Shown here: positions 1-9,169 of the stretch, piece after piece
Position numbering within the stretch: position 1 is the stretch's first letter
How the letters are laid out: each line of letters begins with the position of its first letter
Source: Candidatus Sumerlaeota bacterium
Lineage (GTDB): Bacteria; Sumerlaeota; Sumerlaeia; MWCT01
Direction of reading: 5' to 3'
Assembly (NCBI GenBank): GCA_016931135.1
Contig: JAFGFK010000279.1
Location: forward strand, 1 to 42,318
Length of the DNA stretch: 42,318 nucleotides
Notes under the pieces: model-generated
Databases searched by the model: none
The model's input: only the letters and a program-made list of their open reading frames with translations
Told to the model about the DNA's origin: nothing
Program-made: the position numbers and the translations under genes

Positions 1-139
1 ATTGACTTTTTTCATCCTTTGAACTTTAAACCAATATCAGTTTTCCGAGAGTTTCAATATGATATTTTTTTCTCGGAATAACAAGGTTCTTTCTCGTTCA
101 TTTGAGAGAGGAGACAAATTTTTTACAAGGAGAATCGCC

Positions 140-1675
140 ATGAGAAATCTTCCTGCCATTTGTATTTTAACCATTATCATGATGTTCGGTCTTATTGCTC
201 CGGATTCCCGGGCGGCTTGGGAAACTATCGCCACGGGTTTCGATTACCAGATGTTCACCGAGGCGGGTCCTACGCGCGTTTTTGTAACGCGGATGCAGAA
301 CGGAAATTCCAATTACGCCTTTGATACGATGAACGCCGGGGGGTACTTCAACTCTTCGGCAGTCTCCTACGGGCGCGAAACAGTCAGCGGGATGGTCTCG
401 CGTTACAATAATTCCCTGAATGATTATTTCTGGAAGGAGTGGGGAAAGCGCAATGACATTATCGCCGCCGTGAACGGGGATTACTGGGAGCGGGAATATT
501 ATCCCAGCGGACCTTATACAGGGTATCCTGCGGGGGGAATGGTCCAGAGCGGCTGGTTCTGCCGGAGGTTTCCCGGTTTCAGCGGCGGAAGCGGCGTATT
601 TGTGAACGCCTGGGGCGTTCCTCATATCGGCGGCGACGTGTGGAACGGGGACAACTCGGCAGCCTGGCAGAAAGTTGTTTTTTTCGATTCTTCCGAGGCG
701 CATATTACCAATATAAACAAAACCCGCGGATCGGATGATTTGATCGTCTATACGCGGCACCAGGGACCTCATACAAAAACCGATAACAGCGGGGTGGAGG
801 TTGTTGCGGAGGTAAACCGCACCGCATTGCCGTACGCCTACAGCGCCCCCTCCAATTCCTGCACCGCAACCATCAAGGAAATCCGCGATGGACAAGGCTC
901 CACCTATATCCCTTATGACCAGATCGTTCTTTCCGGTTCCGGCTCCTATGCCACAACCCTTAGAGATAAATGCGTCGTGGGGCAAACCATGTCCATCTAT
1001 TTGACCATTCGCGATTATGGTTTTTCCGGTAGAACCCCCGCGCATCCCGCGCAGGATTGGACCAGCGGTTATGCCAGCTGTGGATGCGATCGCGAAATCC
1101 TTATTGACAGCCAGGTGACAAACCTGCCTTCGCCCGATACCACCAAGCGCGCACGAACGGCGTTCGCCTATAATGCCACTTATACCTTTCTTGTGGTTGT
1201 TGAAGAACAATACTCGGGCGGCGCGTATGGAATGAACTTTCAGGAACTCGCCGAATTCTGCCGCGACCGGTTATCCGCAACCCATGCCGCCTCTGTGGAT
1301 GGCGGAGGCTCTTCCTGCATGTGGGTGAAGGGAAAAGGCATTGTGAACAATCCCTCCGATGGCGGTGAACGCGCCACCTATAACGGCATGATGTTCACTT
1401 CTCTTCAAGCCCCCAGCTATTCCACGGCATTTTCCACAGGGCTGACGGTTCAAACCAATAAAAGCACAACCCTTTACCTCGGTCCGGGCAGCAATTTCTG
1501 CGCCAGGGCGTCCTTATCAACGGGACAAACCGGAATTATTCTCAGCCATACTCAAAACGGATATTACGCAAAGAGCAAAAACTGGTGGAAATGCTCGATC
1601 GGCGGCATGGAAGGCTGGATTGCGGAAAGCGATCTTACCCTGGCTGCCCGCATTACGACATGGGAGCAATATTGA
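140..1675 (+). CDS. Secreted phosphodiester glycosidase (NAGPA/DUF2233 family) with C-terminal SH3b-like domain
   Basis: AGGAG RBS before ATG at 140, then a signal peptide. NAGPA-family motifs AAVNGDY, RARTAFA, GMNFQELAEF and SVDGGGSS. SH3-like tail LYLGPG...WWKCSIGGMEGWIAESDL. The ORF track start at 59 is probably too early. Confidence 0.8.
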   Translation: MRNLPAICILTIIMMFGLIAPDSRAAWETIATGFDYQMFTEAGPTRVFVTRMQNGNSNYAFDTMNAGGYFNSSAVSYGRETVSGMVSRYNNSLNDYFWKEWGKRNDIIAAVNGDYWEREYYPSGPYTGYPAGGMVQSGWFCRRFPGFSGGSGVFVNAWGVPHIGGDVWNGDNSAAWQKVVFFDSSEAHITNINKTRGSDDLIVYTRHQGPHTKTDNSGVEVVAEVNRTALPYAYSAPSNSCTATIKEIRDGQGSTYIPYDQIVLSGSGSYATTLRDKCVVGQTMSIYLTIRDYGFSGRTPAHPAQDWTSGYASCGCDREILIDSQVTNLPSPDTTKRARTAFAYNATYTFLVVVEEQYSGGAYGMNFQELAEFCRDRLSATHAASVDGGGSSCMWVKGKGIVNNPSDGGERATYNGMMFTSLQAPSYSTAFSTGLTVQTNKSTTLYLGPGSNFCARASLSTGQTGIILSHTQNGYYAKSKNWWKCSIGGMEGWIAESDLTLAARITTWEQY

Positions 1676-1722
1676 TGGAATAAGCAGCGCCCGATGAGGG
1701 GCGGTTACCTGAATTTCCGAGT

Positions 1723-2460
1723 TTAAAACAGAACCCAATCCTGCACCAGTGATGAGGATGTTCCGTAAAGATAGGCGCGGATATAATTCAAGCGGATTTC
1801 CCTGATTCCATCCCGAATGCCGATTTCCACGGGTCCGGAAACCGGCTCTTTCGTTTCTATAACGAAATCTGCGATGTTGGATTCCCCGGGAGCGTTCCCA
1901 ACCTTGATGATCTGTTGAGCTGGCGTTTCCCCATTGGATAACCAACTGACGAACTGCCGTTCGCCGCTCGAGATTTTATGGGGATAGAAGGAAACGTTAC
2001 CGCTTGCCTGCGTTATAATGGTTTGTCTTTTAAAATCGATCAGATAGATTTTTTTGTTACTATCGGTTTCCTTCCCCGAGGGAAAGAAACGGGATTGCCC
2101 GAAGGAGATCACCAGTTCCATCCGATCCCCGATATTGATGTAAAATTCGCCCTTTCCCGTATCCACATTCGTGAATTCGATCGCAGTGTGGAGATCGAAA
2201 TTCGGGGGCAGGCTTCGGGAAGGCAGCGTGATCATCGCCTCTTCAAGTCCCGGATTCTTGTCTTCTATATTCAGAATACAGCGTTTGTTTTCAAGCCTGG
2301 TCGTGCCTGTAGTGTTCTTCATATCCCACAAGAGTTCGTGAATCAATTCGTCGCTGAAATCGTCCTTCCATAAAACGGCGGCGGAAAGGGGGTTCAGGAT
2401 GAACATGCTGAAAGCCGGAAGGAATAGAATTATGGGAATATTTTTAATCCTGAGAATCAT
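1723..2460 (-). CDS. Secreted hypothetical protein, probable ConA/lectin-like beta-sandwich
   Basis: 245-aa ORF with a hydrophobic signal peptide, mature start AVLWKDDFSD, beta-strand-rich sequence, ending SSSLVQDWVLF. Confidence 0.65.
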   Translation of the reverse strand: MILRIKNIPIILFLPAFSMFILNPLSAAVLWKDDFSDELIHELLWDMKNTTGTTRLENKRCILNIEDKNPGLEEAMITLPSRSLPPNFDLHTAIEFTNVDTGKGEFYINIGDRMELVISFGQSRFFPSGKETDSNKKIYLIDFKRQTIITQASGNVSFYPHKISSGERQFVSWLSNGETPAQQIIKVGNAPGESNIADFVIETKEPVSGPVEIGIRDGIREIRLNYIRAYLYGTSSSLVQDWVLF

Positions 2461-2505
2461 AGTGATTGAGACGCTTTCATAAACAAAAAAAATTGCATGA
2501 CATCT

Positions 2506-4950
2506 TTACTTTATAATGACCTTGTTCGCCTGTTCCGAAGTTTGGTTTTTCGTCGTTTTCTGCGGTTGATAATTGACGGAATAGAGTTCATTGCCGCCCG
2601 CCTTGAAAATCGGCTTCAGATAACCGGAAGCAATCCATTGCTCCAGATTCAATTCCCGCAGTATCTTATGCTTTTTTTCCATGTCGATCCTGAGATAATA
2701 ATCGATCTTCAACTCCTTGAAGAATTTCAATTTCTCCCGTTCGTCTTTTATGCCGTACGCCTTCTGCATCTCCCAGTCATCGAGGTGAACGATGTTAATC
2801 GAGGGGTCGTAAAGCAGATAACGATTGTCATGAGTTAGAAGCGTTTTTCCGAGCATCAGGGTATTGACATGATCGATCATTCGGGCGTCGGCGCCAAAGA
2901 CATGGCTGTAAAACTCATCCGGCATCATGCCCGGACGCCTCAGGGCGGGGAGATGCTGGGGATATTCCTCCTTGTCTTTTATAACGACCGGGTGAGTTAT
3001 CTTGAAATTCATCAAAGCAAAGGGCAATCCCGGGAGGATAATCACGAGGATACACCAGACATGGAATAGCGCCCGCATTTTTTCACTGGAAAAGTATTCC
3101 ATTACGACAAAAGCGAACAGGATCATCGGCGCAAGGATCGGGATGATCTGATAAAGGTAGTATCCAGCCAGAAAATAATGATAGGACAAAAGACACACAA
3201 AAAGGAACAGCGCCAGAAAAATGGTTTTTTGATTATTGGTAAGATATTTGATCAGCCTGCCGGATCGGGGGTGCCTTTTGCCTTTCAGTTTTTGCGAAAG
3301 GGCTTGCGCAATCCATATTATGATCCCTGGAACGCACAAGGCAAGAAATATCGGAGCGAGTAACCATGCCCATCTCTGGAAGAGGATCAGATAGTAAAAG
3401 GTGGCGATGATTTTGGCAAACAAGGTGAAACGAACGCCGCCTTCCTGGGTTTGCGCATACCACAAATGACGGTTTTCTTCATTGATCGTTCCGGTTTTCT
3501 GTTTATCGTTCACCATGTAGAGAGCGGCTGTATCGATGCCATCCCCATTTTCCAGCCATTCGCCCTGCATGGAAGATAGAATCCGGGGATTGATGTTTTT
3601 CCCTCCGAAGATCGAGGAAAAATAAGGATAAACCGGATTACCGGTCAATGCCCAGTTCCGCGCATACCAGGGCGCGGCAATCAGAAAACACGCCAATATC
3701 AACCGCAGGAAAAATCCGCTTTTGAACAATTCCCCGAGCGTGTCCCAGTCGTCATTATAGGTATATTCCGGTTCAGCCACCTGCTTCAACCGCTCCGGAT
3801 CTCCCAGCATCTCGGAATATTCCTCCTGATCGGAAAGCATGGGAACCCTCGAATGAACCAGGAATATGAGAAAAACCCAGGCAACGAGCAAGAGGGGCGT
3901 CAAATAATTGATATGACAGGCAAATGCAGCGACCAGGGCGCTGAGCATGGCATAGGAGCGAAGTTTTGTGTCGATATACATAACGGCGAGGTAAAGAAAA
4001 GCTGCCGTAAAAAGAATCGTGAGGGCGTAATCGGATGTAAGCGTGAAATACCGGATGCCATAAGGGATGGTGCAGAAGAGCAGCGTCAAGGCTAAGGCGC
4101 TCAGCGTCACGCGGGTCAACCGGAGGATTAAATGATAAATCAGGAGGAGAGAACCCACGCAGCATACAGGCGCCAGAATCTGGGCGTGACAGTTTGACCA
4201 GAAACCGAATACGACTGAAGGCATGGCGCTCGCCAGGCGGTACATCTGGGGATAATTCGATCCTGTTCCGATCCCCATTTGGGCGACAATCTTCACCGGG
4301 AACCGGTGATTGAGAAAAAGGCTCCGCGCCATTCCAAGATAAGAGAGGCTGTCCCAGTAAGTGACAGGATAAAACAGGGCATGATAAAAGATGAGGAGGG
4401 TGATGAGAATCGCGCCTCCCAGGAAAAAGACCGCGCACATCCCCTGGAAAAATCCTGCGGGATGGATGATGGTTTGGGAATAGGCCCGGGACGCCACGGA
4501 GCGTTGTGCGGAACGCATCAGGAAATCATCCGCATATCCTTTGGAAACCTTGACCGGTCTCACCCAGTGCGCGGATGATGAAACAAGCAACGCTACAGTC
4601 AAAGCCAGAAGCAGACCCATGATCGCCCAGCCATAAAAGAATCCGAAGACGCCGCATATCTCCCCCAGGAACGTCGTCATGCTCAATCCCAGAACAAAAC
4701 TCAGAGCCAGGTAGGCAAGGCGGGGGATGAAGATATCAAAACATTTTAACAGAAAATGCCCCAGAAACATGTAAACCGCCAGGGGAACAAGGGAAAGAAG
4801 CGTCTCTTTAAAAGGAAAGTGGGCGAAGGTCAAATCCCATGATCGGAAAAGAGAGGGATAAACCAGGAACAGATTGGGATGTTTATACGTTAAAAATCCC
4901 CACCAGAAGAACATCCAGAATATCAGGAATACTTTGCCCGTGCTCTTCAT
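2506..4950 (-). CDS. Polytopic membrane glycosyltransferase, GT-C superfamily (ArnT/PMT-like)
   Basis: 814 aa with many TM segments, a loop motif YWDSLSYLGMAR, NYPQ, PWYARNWALTGNPVYPY, and a soluble C-terminal domain (LKELKIDYYL-type). Confidence 0.7.
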   Translation of the reverse strand: MKSTGKVFLIFWMFFWWGFLTYKHPNLFLVYPSLFRSWDLTFAHFPFKETLLSLVPLAVYMFLGHFLLKCFDIFIPRLAYLALSFVLGLSMTTFLGEICGVFGFFYGWAIMGLLLALTVALLVSSSAHWVRPVKVSKGYADDFLMRSAQRSVASRAYSQTIIHPAGFFQGMCAVFFLGGAILITLLIFYHALFYPVTYWDSLSYLGMARSLFLNHRFPVKIVAQMGIGTGSNYPQMYRLASAMPSVVFGFWSNCHAQILAPVCCVGSLLLIYHLILRLTRVTLSALALTLLFCTIPYGIRYFTLTSDYALTILFTAAFLYLAVMYIDTKLRSYAMLSALVAAFACHINYLTPLLLVAWVFLIFLVHSRVPMLSDQEEYSEMLGDPERLKQVAEPEYTYNDDWDTLGELFKSGFFLRLILACFLIAAPWYARNWALTGNPVYPYFSSIFGGKNINPRILSSMQGEWLENGDGIDTAALYMVNDKQKTGTINEENRHLWYAQTQEGGVRFTLFAKIIATFYYLILFQRWAWLLAPIFLALCVPGIIIWIAQALSQKLKGKRHPRSGRLIKYLTNNQKTIFLALFLFVCLLSYHYFLAGYYLYQIIPILAPMILFAFVVMEYFSSEKMRALFHVWCILVIILPGLPFALMNFKITHPVVIKDKEEYPQHLPALRRPGMMPDEFYSHVFGADARMIDHVNTLMLGKTLLTHDNRYLLYDPSINIVHLDDWEMQKAYGIKDEREKLKFFKELKIDYYLRIDMEKKHKILRELNLEQWIASGYLKPIFKAGGNELYSVNYQPQKTTKNQTSEQANKVIIK

Positions 4951-5246
4951 CGTTATTTAAAATGAAAGACTCCTTCTAAAGACTGCATACTATCAAGAGT
5001 AATAACGACATACTTTTTTCGATCATACAAGTACTTTTTGAAAAATATCTTGATGGGCGCATCCTGACTCTATTCCGGGAACGCAGGATGATTCCCGCGG
5101 GGTCATTATCTATAAACATCCTCAACTTTAATGGGTTTTGGCGTTGTTTGTAGTGAAGGGTATGGTATTATTCATAATCGGTATCATGATCCTCAAATTT
5201 TGACCCCATAATCCTCCCTATTACTCGGAAAACTGATGCGCCATTT

Positions 5247-5660
5247 TTACGCGATTCGCAGTTTGTATGTTACGGGGCATGATACGGAGTTGGATATGGC
5301 GCAGTATTTTTCGGTGAGACTTTCCAATTCTTCCCCGATATCGCCGGTTTGCCCTGAGATCGAAAGGGTGGCTTCCACGTTCACGGAAGTAAACATGAGT
5401 CCTTTGGGAGTTTTTTCCAGACGCCCCGTCGCCTTGCTTTCATAGCGCGTGGGGGAGAGTTTTTTCTTACGAAGGAAGAAGAAAAGAGTTGTCATCAGAC
5501 AACCTTCAATAGAGGCGACGAACAAATCCTCCGGAGTCCAGACTCCCGGCGTTCCCTGGAATTCGGGGGGTGAGGAAACCTCCAGTTGGGGTTTTTCGGG
5601 CAGGATGAATATTCCCTTTTCCTTTTCCGCCTTTTTCAAAAAGGTGGTATAAGCGTACAT
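5247..5660 (-). CDS. OsmC/Ohr family protein
   Basis: PPEFQG..GVWTPEDLFVASIEGC and EKYCAISNSV give the two conserved Cys. GGAGG RBS upstream. Confidence 0.88.
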   Translation of the reverse strand: MYAYTTFLKKAEKEKGIFILPEKPQLEVSSPPEFQGTPGVWTPEDLFVASIEGCLMTTLFFFLRKKKLSPTRYESKATGRLEKTPKGLMFTSVNVEATLSISGQTGDIGEELESLTEKYCAISNSVSCPVTYKLRIA

Positions 5661-5719
5661 TTGTCCCTCCTTGCAGTTATAGGATCATTTCGCGTCATTG
5701 CATCGGTTTTCGATGGTTT

Positions 5720-6844
5720 TTAACGCGGTTTCTTACGAAGGAGCGCTTTCAAGATGGTCATGGGATGGCTCAGGATATAGAAAAGGAAATTCCAGAAATC
5801 CTCCTGAATCATGTTCCGGAAGTCGCAGTTATTGGAACAGTTGCGGCAATAATTGTGATTTTGCAGCCGTTTTCGGATGTCATTGGCTTTCTTTGAAAAC
5901 CATATCTTTTCCAGGCTTTCCCCCGATTCCGGAAAATTGCCGAAACAGAACTGTTTTTCGACATAGTGGCAGGGGAGAAGGTTTCCCTCGACGTCGATGT
6001 AAGCGCTGCGATAACCCGCCATGCAGGGATAGGTCCGTCTTTTTTTGATGAGATGATCTTTATATTTGGAATACAGATACGCCTTTTCCGGGAAGCATGG
6101 GATCAGAATCCGGTTGATAAAGTCGATGATCTTTTTTGTCGTTTGAGGGGAACGGGGAATCATTTCCTTATTCTGATTATCGAAGAAATCGGATTCTGTC
6201 GCTAAAGTCCAGGTCATCGATGGCGTAAGGGCGCGCAGCAGGTGGTGAATATCCGTCAACCGGTTCACATTTTGTTCGGTTATAAGGGAAAGGACGCCCA
6301 CTTCGAAATGAGGACTCGAAAGGGAGCGAAGGCGGCGAATGGTTTCCACAGCCTTTTGATAGGCTCCCGGGACTCCCCTCATCCGGTCATGAACCACTTC
6401 GTCCCCATCGATGGATATCCCGATCTTGAAATCTATGGTTTGAGGAATCACGGAAAGAATCTGTTTCGTGGTTTCCACTATGGCGGAAGTCAATATCCCA
6501 TTTGACGGAATGGAAATTCTCCTGAGATTTGTCAGACGCCTGGAGGCGCTTGAAAGGATGTCCTTCAGGTCTTTCCGCAGAAAGGGCTCTCCACCGGTCA
6601 GGCTCAATATGCGCAGGTCTTTCCAGAGGGGGTCCTGAAAAAGACGGTCAAAATCCTCGAAGGAGAGCTCCTTCAGGTCTTTTTTTTTCCAGATCTGGCA
6701 CATGGAACACCGGCAATTGCATCGTTCCGTGATATTGAGAAGGAGAAAAGTGGGATATTGACCATGATGGATGAATTTATGAAACCGGGAGATAACGCCT
6801 TTTACCGGTCCGGCAAACATTATTTTTAGATAACCGGAATTCAT
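5720..6844 (-). CDS. Radical SAM protein with C-terminal SPASM/Twitch domain
   Basis: CNCRCSMC (CxxxCxxC), LTGGEPFLR, SIDG...HDRMRG, and C-terminal CMAG...PC...CRNCSNNC. Start overlaps the GT4 stop (ATGA, 6841-6844). Confidence 0.9.
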   Translation of the reverse strand: MNSGYLKIMFAGPVKGVISRFHKFIHHGQYPTFLLLNITERCNCRCSMCQIWKKKDLKELSFEDFDRLFQDPLWKDLRILSLTGGEPFLRKDLKDILSSASRRLTNLRRISIPSNGILTSAIVETTKQILSVIPQTIDFKIGISIDGDEVVHDRMRGVPGAYQKAVETIRRLRSLSSPHFEVGVLSLITEQNVNRLTDIHHLLRALTPSMTWTLATESDFFDNQNKEMIPRSPQTTKKIIDFINRILIPCFPEKAYLYSKYKDHLIKKRRTYPCMAGYRSAYIDVEGNLLPCHYVEKQFCFGNFPESGESLEKIWFSKKANDIRKRLQNHNYCRNCSNNCDFRNMIQEDFWNFLFYILSHPMTILKALLRKKPR

Positions 6845-7977
6845 AGGCTTTTTTTCAGGCGATTGAATACGGCAAGATATTTTCTGGCGGTATTTTCCCA
6901 GGAAAAGAGTTTGACTCTCTCATATCCCCGCTTGATAAGATTCTTCCTTTTGTCTTCATCCGCGAGGAGATTGCTCAACGCTTGAACCATGGACCCCTCA
7001 TCGTTCGGATCAACCAGGACGGACGCCTCTCCGGCAACCTCCGGCATGGAGGATCTGTTCGATGTGATGACAGGCAATCCGCACGCCATGGCTTCCACTA
7101 TGGGGAACCCGAAACCTTCGTATAAGGAGGCGTAAAACAGGACGGCTGCATGTTTATAGAGGGAAACCAGATGTTCCGTGGTCGCCCATTTGATATGATG
7201 AATCCGTTCTCTCAAGTTGGAGTTATACGCCTCTTTTTTTATGGTATGTTCTATTTCGTTCCATCCCGCGCCTGTTTGACCAACCAGGACAAAGTCATAT
7301 TCATCCGCCTCCCGGCACCTTTTGAAGGCGCGGATCATCCGGGGAACGTTTTTACTCCGAATCATCTGCCCGACAAAGAGGATATATTTACTGGAGATGC
7401 CATGGATCCGCTTGAGGGAATCGAATGGAATGCCTTCTTCTTCGGATATGGATGGGTCCAGCCCGTTGTGCGCCACTATGATGCGATCAGCGGGGATGTC
7501 CAGGTATTTCATGATGTCTTTTCCCGAACTCTGCGAAACCGTGAAAATCAGGTTTGCGTTCTTTGCCGTTGTTTTCAGAAACATGCGGAAATAATGCCTT
7601 TCCAGGAAGGGAAATTCATAAGGTAATACAAAACGCTTCAGATCATGGATTGTAACGGTAGAAATACAGGGAAGGCGGAACGGGGCGATATCGCTGGGAG
7701 ACCAGAAGACATCCACATCATGTTTCCGGGAAAGGCGGGGAAGGATAAAGTGTTCATAAAAGATTCGTCGAAGTCTGAATTTCCTCGTGATATCACAGAC
7801 AACATTGGTGAAATTATCACTTTTTATGGAATAATATCCGGCATTGTCTTTTCGGAGAAAAAGGATATATTCATTTTCCCTGTCAATCTCCGAAAGGGCG
7901 CGCAGGAGGTTTTTGGTGAATCGCCCTGCGCCGGTAATCCTGCGGTGCAATGGAAATGTATTGACTCCGATCCGCAT
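6841..7977 (-). CDS. Glycosyltransferase family 4 (GT-B)
   Basis: TIHDL, TVSQSS, and SLYEGFGFPIVEAMACGLPVITSN (EX7E motif). Confidence 0.93.
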   Translation of the reverse strand: MRIGVNTFPLHRRITGAGRFTKNLLRALSEIDRENEYILFLRKDNAGYYSIKSDNFTNVVCDITRKFRLRRIFYEHFILPRLSRKHDVDVFWSPSDIAPFRLPCISTVTIHDLKRFVLPYEFPFLERHYFRMFLKTTAKNANLIFTVSQSSGKDIMKYLDIPADRIIVAHNGLDPSISEEEGIPFDSLKRIHGISSKYILFVGQMIRSKNVPRMIRAFKRCREADEYDFVLVGQTGAGWNEIEHTIKKEAYNSNLRERIHHIKWATTEHLVSLYKHAAVLFYASLYEGFGFPIVEAMACGLPVITSNRSSMPEVAGEASVLVDPNDEGSMVQALSNLLADEDKRKNLIKRGYERVKLFSWENTARKYLAVFNRLKKSL

Positions 7978-7985
7978 TTAATCGT

Positions 7986-8924
7986 TCATTCCAATGTCTT
8001 TCCCCTGTATAAGGGGTTTAATCTTCTCAAGATTTCCCGGTAAGCCTTTTTCCTCTGATTATTGTCAATTTGAAATGATTCTTTTCCAGGATATATCCTT
8101 ATCAATATCAATCGTAGAATCATATCGACGCATATAAACGAACGCAAGAGAAATCTCGTAACGGGACTTTTATGTTTTTGAAAGTACAAGTCCATGCTGA
8201 CGAAGAGTTGGATGATAGTGAAATACCTTGCCTTTTTGCTGCTTTGACGGTGGAGATGACACACGCGGGATGCCGGAACAAGGCGCCTTTTCCATCCGTT
8301 CTTTTTCAGCCTTAAACAAAGGTCCGCATCCTCGGAATAGAGGAAGAACCGTTCATCGAAAAGAGGCTCTCCCTCCAAGGCGGAGCGCCGCGCCAGGAAC
8401 GCCGCCCCAGTAGCCCAGTCAATCTCGCGCGGCGCTCTTGTCGATTTTTCATGTCGCTTCCGCCGCCTGATCCTTTCCAATCCCTTCGCAAGAAGGGAAT
8501 GCTCTATCCAGTAATTCCAGATTGAGGGGAATCGAAAAACGGAAGAGACTATAACGTCATTTTCATCGACTATTTGGGGAGCGGCAAGCCCCACATCGGG
8601 ATTCTTATCCAAAAAATCGGATAATGCCTCCAAGGTCCCCGGAAATATTCGCGTATCCGGGTTGAGAATAAAAAGATATTCCGCCCCGGTCATGGATAGG
8701 GCGAGATTATTGGCTTTTGCAAACCCGAGATTGCGCGATTGCGTAGAAAACCGGATTTCCGGAAACTCCTTTTTGATCATCTCTGAAGTCGAATCAGAAG
8801 AGGCGTTATCTATTACGATGATCTCCAGATCTACTTGAGGAAGGTTCTGGCGGAGGGAATAAAGGCATTCCCGTAAAACCTCCCGACAGTTCCAGCTCAC
8901 AATCTGAATGGCTACCTGTACCAT
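7986..8924 (-). CDS. Glycosyltransferase family 2 (WbbL/rhamnosyltransferase-like)
   Basis: IVSWN, IDNASSD, NLGFAKANN, LNPDT, FDERFFLYSEDADLC. Confidence 0.93.
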   Translation of the reverse strand: MVQVAIQIVSWNCREVLRECLYSLRQNLPQVDLEIIVIDNASSDSTSEMIKKEFPEIRFSTQSRNLGFAKANNLALSMTGAEYLFILNPDTRIFPGTLEALSDFLDKNPDVGLAAPQIVDENDVIVSSVFRFPSIWNYWIEHSLLAKGLERIRRRKRHEKSTRAPREIDWATGAAFLARRSALEGEPLFDERFFLYSEDADLCLRLKKNGWKRRLVPASRVCHLHRQSSKKARYFTIIQLFVSMDLYFQKHKSPVTRFLLRSFICVDMILRLILIRIYPGKESFQIDNNQRKKAYREILRRLNPLYRGKTLE

Positions 8925-9046
8925 GGAACCCCTTTTTACAAATCAACGGGCTTTTTTCCGGTAATTGAATCTTGAAATATTGACCCTGACTGCGTTATGT
9001 CAACTTCTATTCATTTTTTTAGTGAAATTTATTAAATATTTCTTGC

Positions 9047-9074
9047 TTGACGCATATTCTGAGCTATATATAAT
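9047..9074 (+). promoter_or_regulatory. Sigma70-type promoter for the SPOR-protein / giant TPR gene pair
   Basis: TTGACG (9047-9052), 16-nt spacer, TATAAT (9069-9074), in an AT-rich intergenic region about 95 nt upstream of ATG 9170. Confidence 0.65.
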
Positions 9075-9169
9075 CATATAGATAATTCGATAAACTAAAA
9101 ACATTAGAATCTTTCCAGAATCAAGAATCAGGATTGATCAGTATTTTATGTTTGAAAGGGGTTTGTTGG

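Noticed and set aside
167-1210. 347-aa minus-strand ORF
   Set aside because: Antisense shadow of the NAGPA gene.
4951-5246. 296-bp intergenic region with inverted repeat catcctg...caggatg (5060-5090) as an ncRNA or riboswitch
   Set aside because: Only a 7-bp stem, with no recognisable RNA family motif.
8980-9003. TTGAC-N14-GTCAA palindrome, and ATTGAC-N9-GTCAAT at 41576-41596, as a shared operator
   Set aside because: The spacers differ, and both are explained more simply as opposed -35 boxes in divergent promoter regions.
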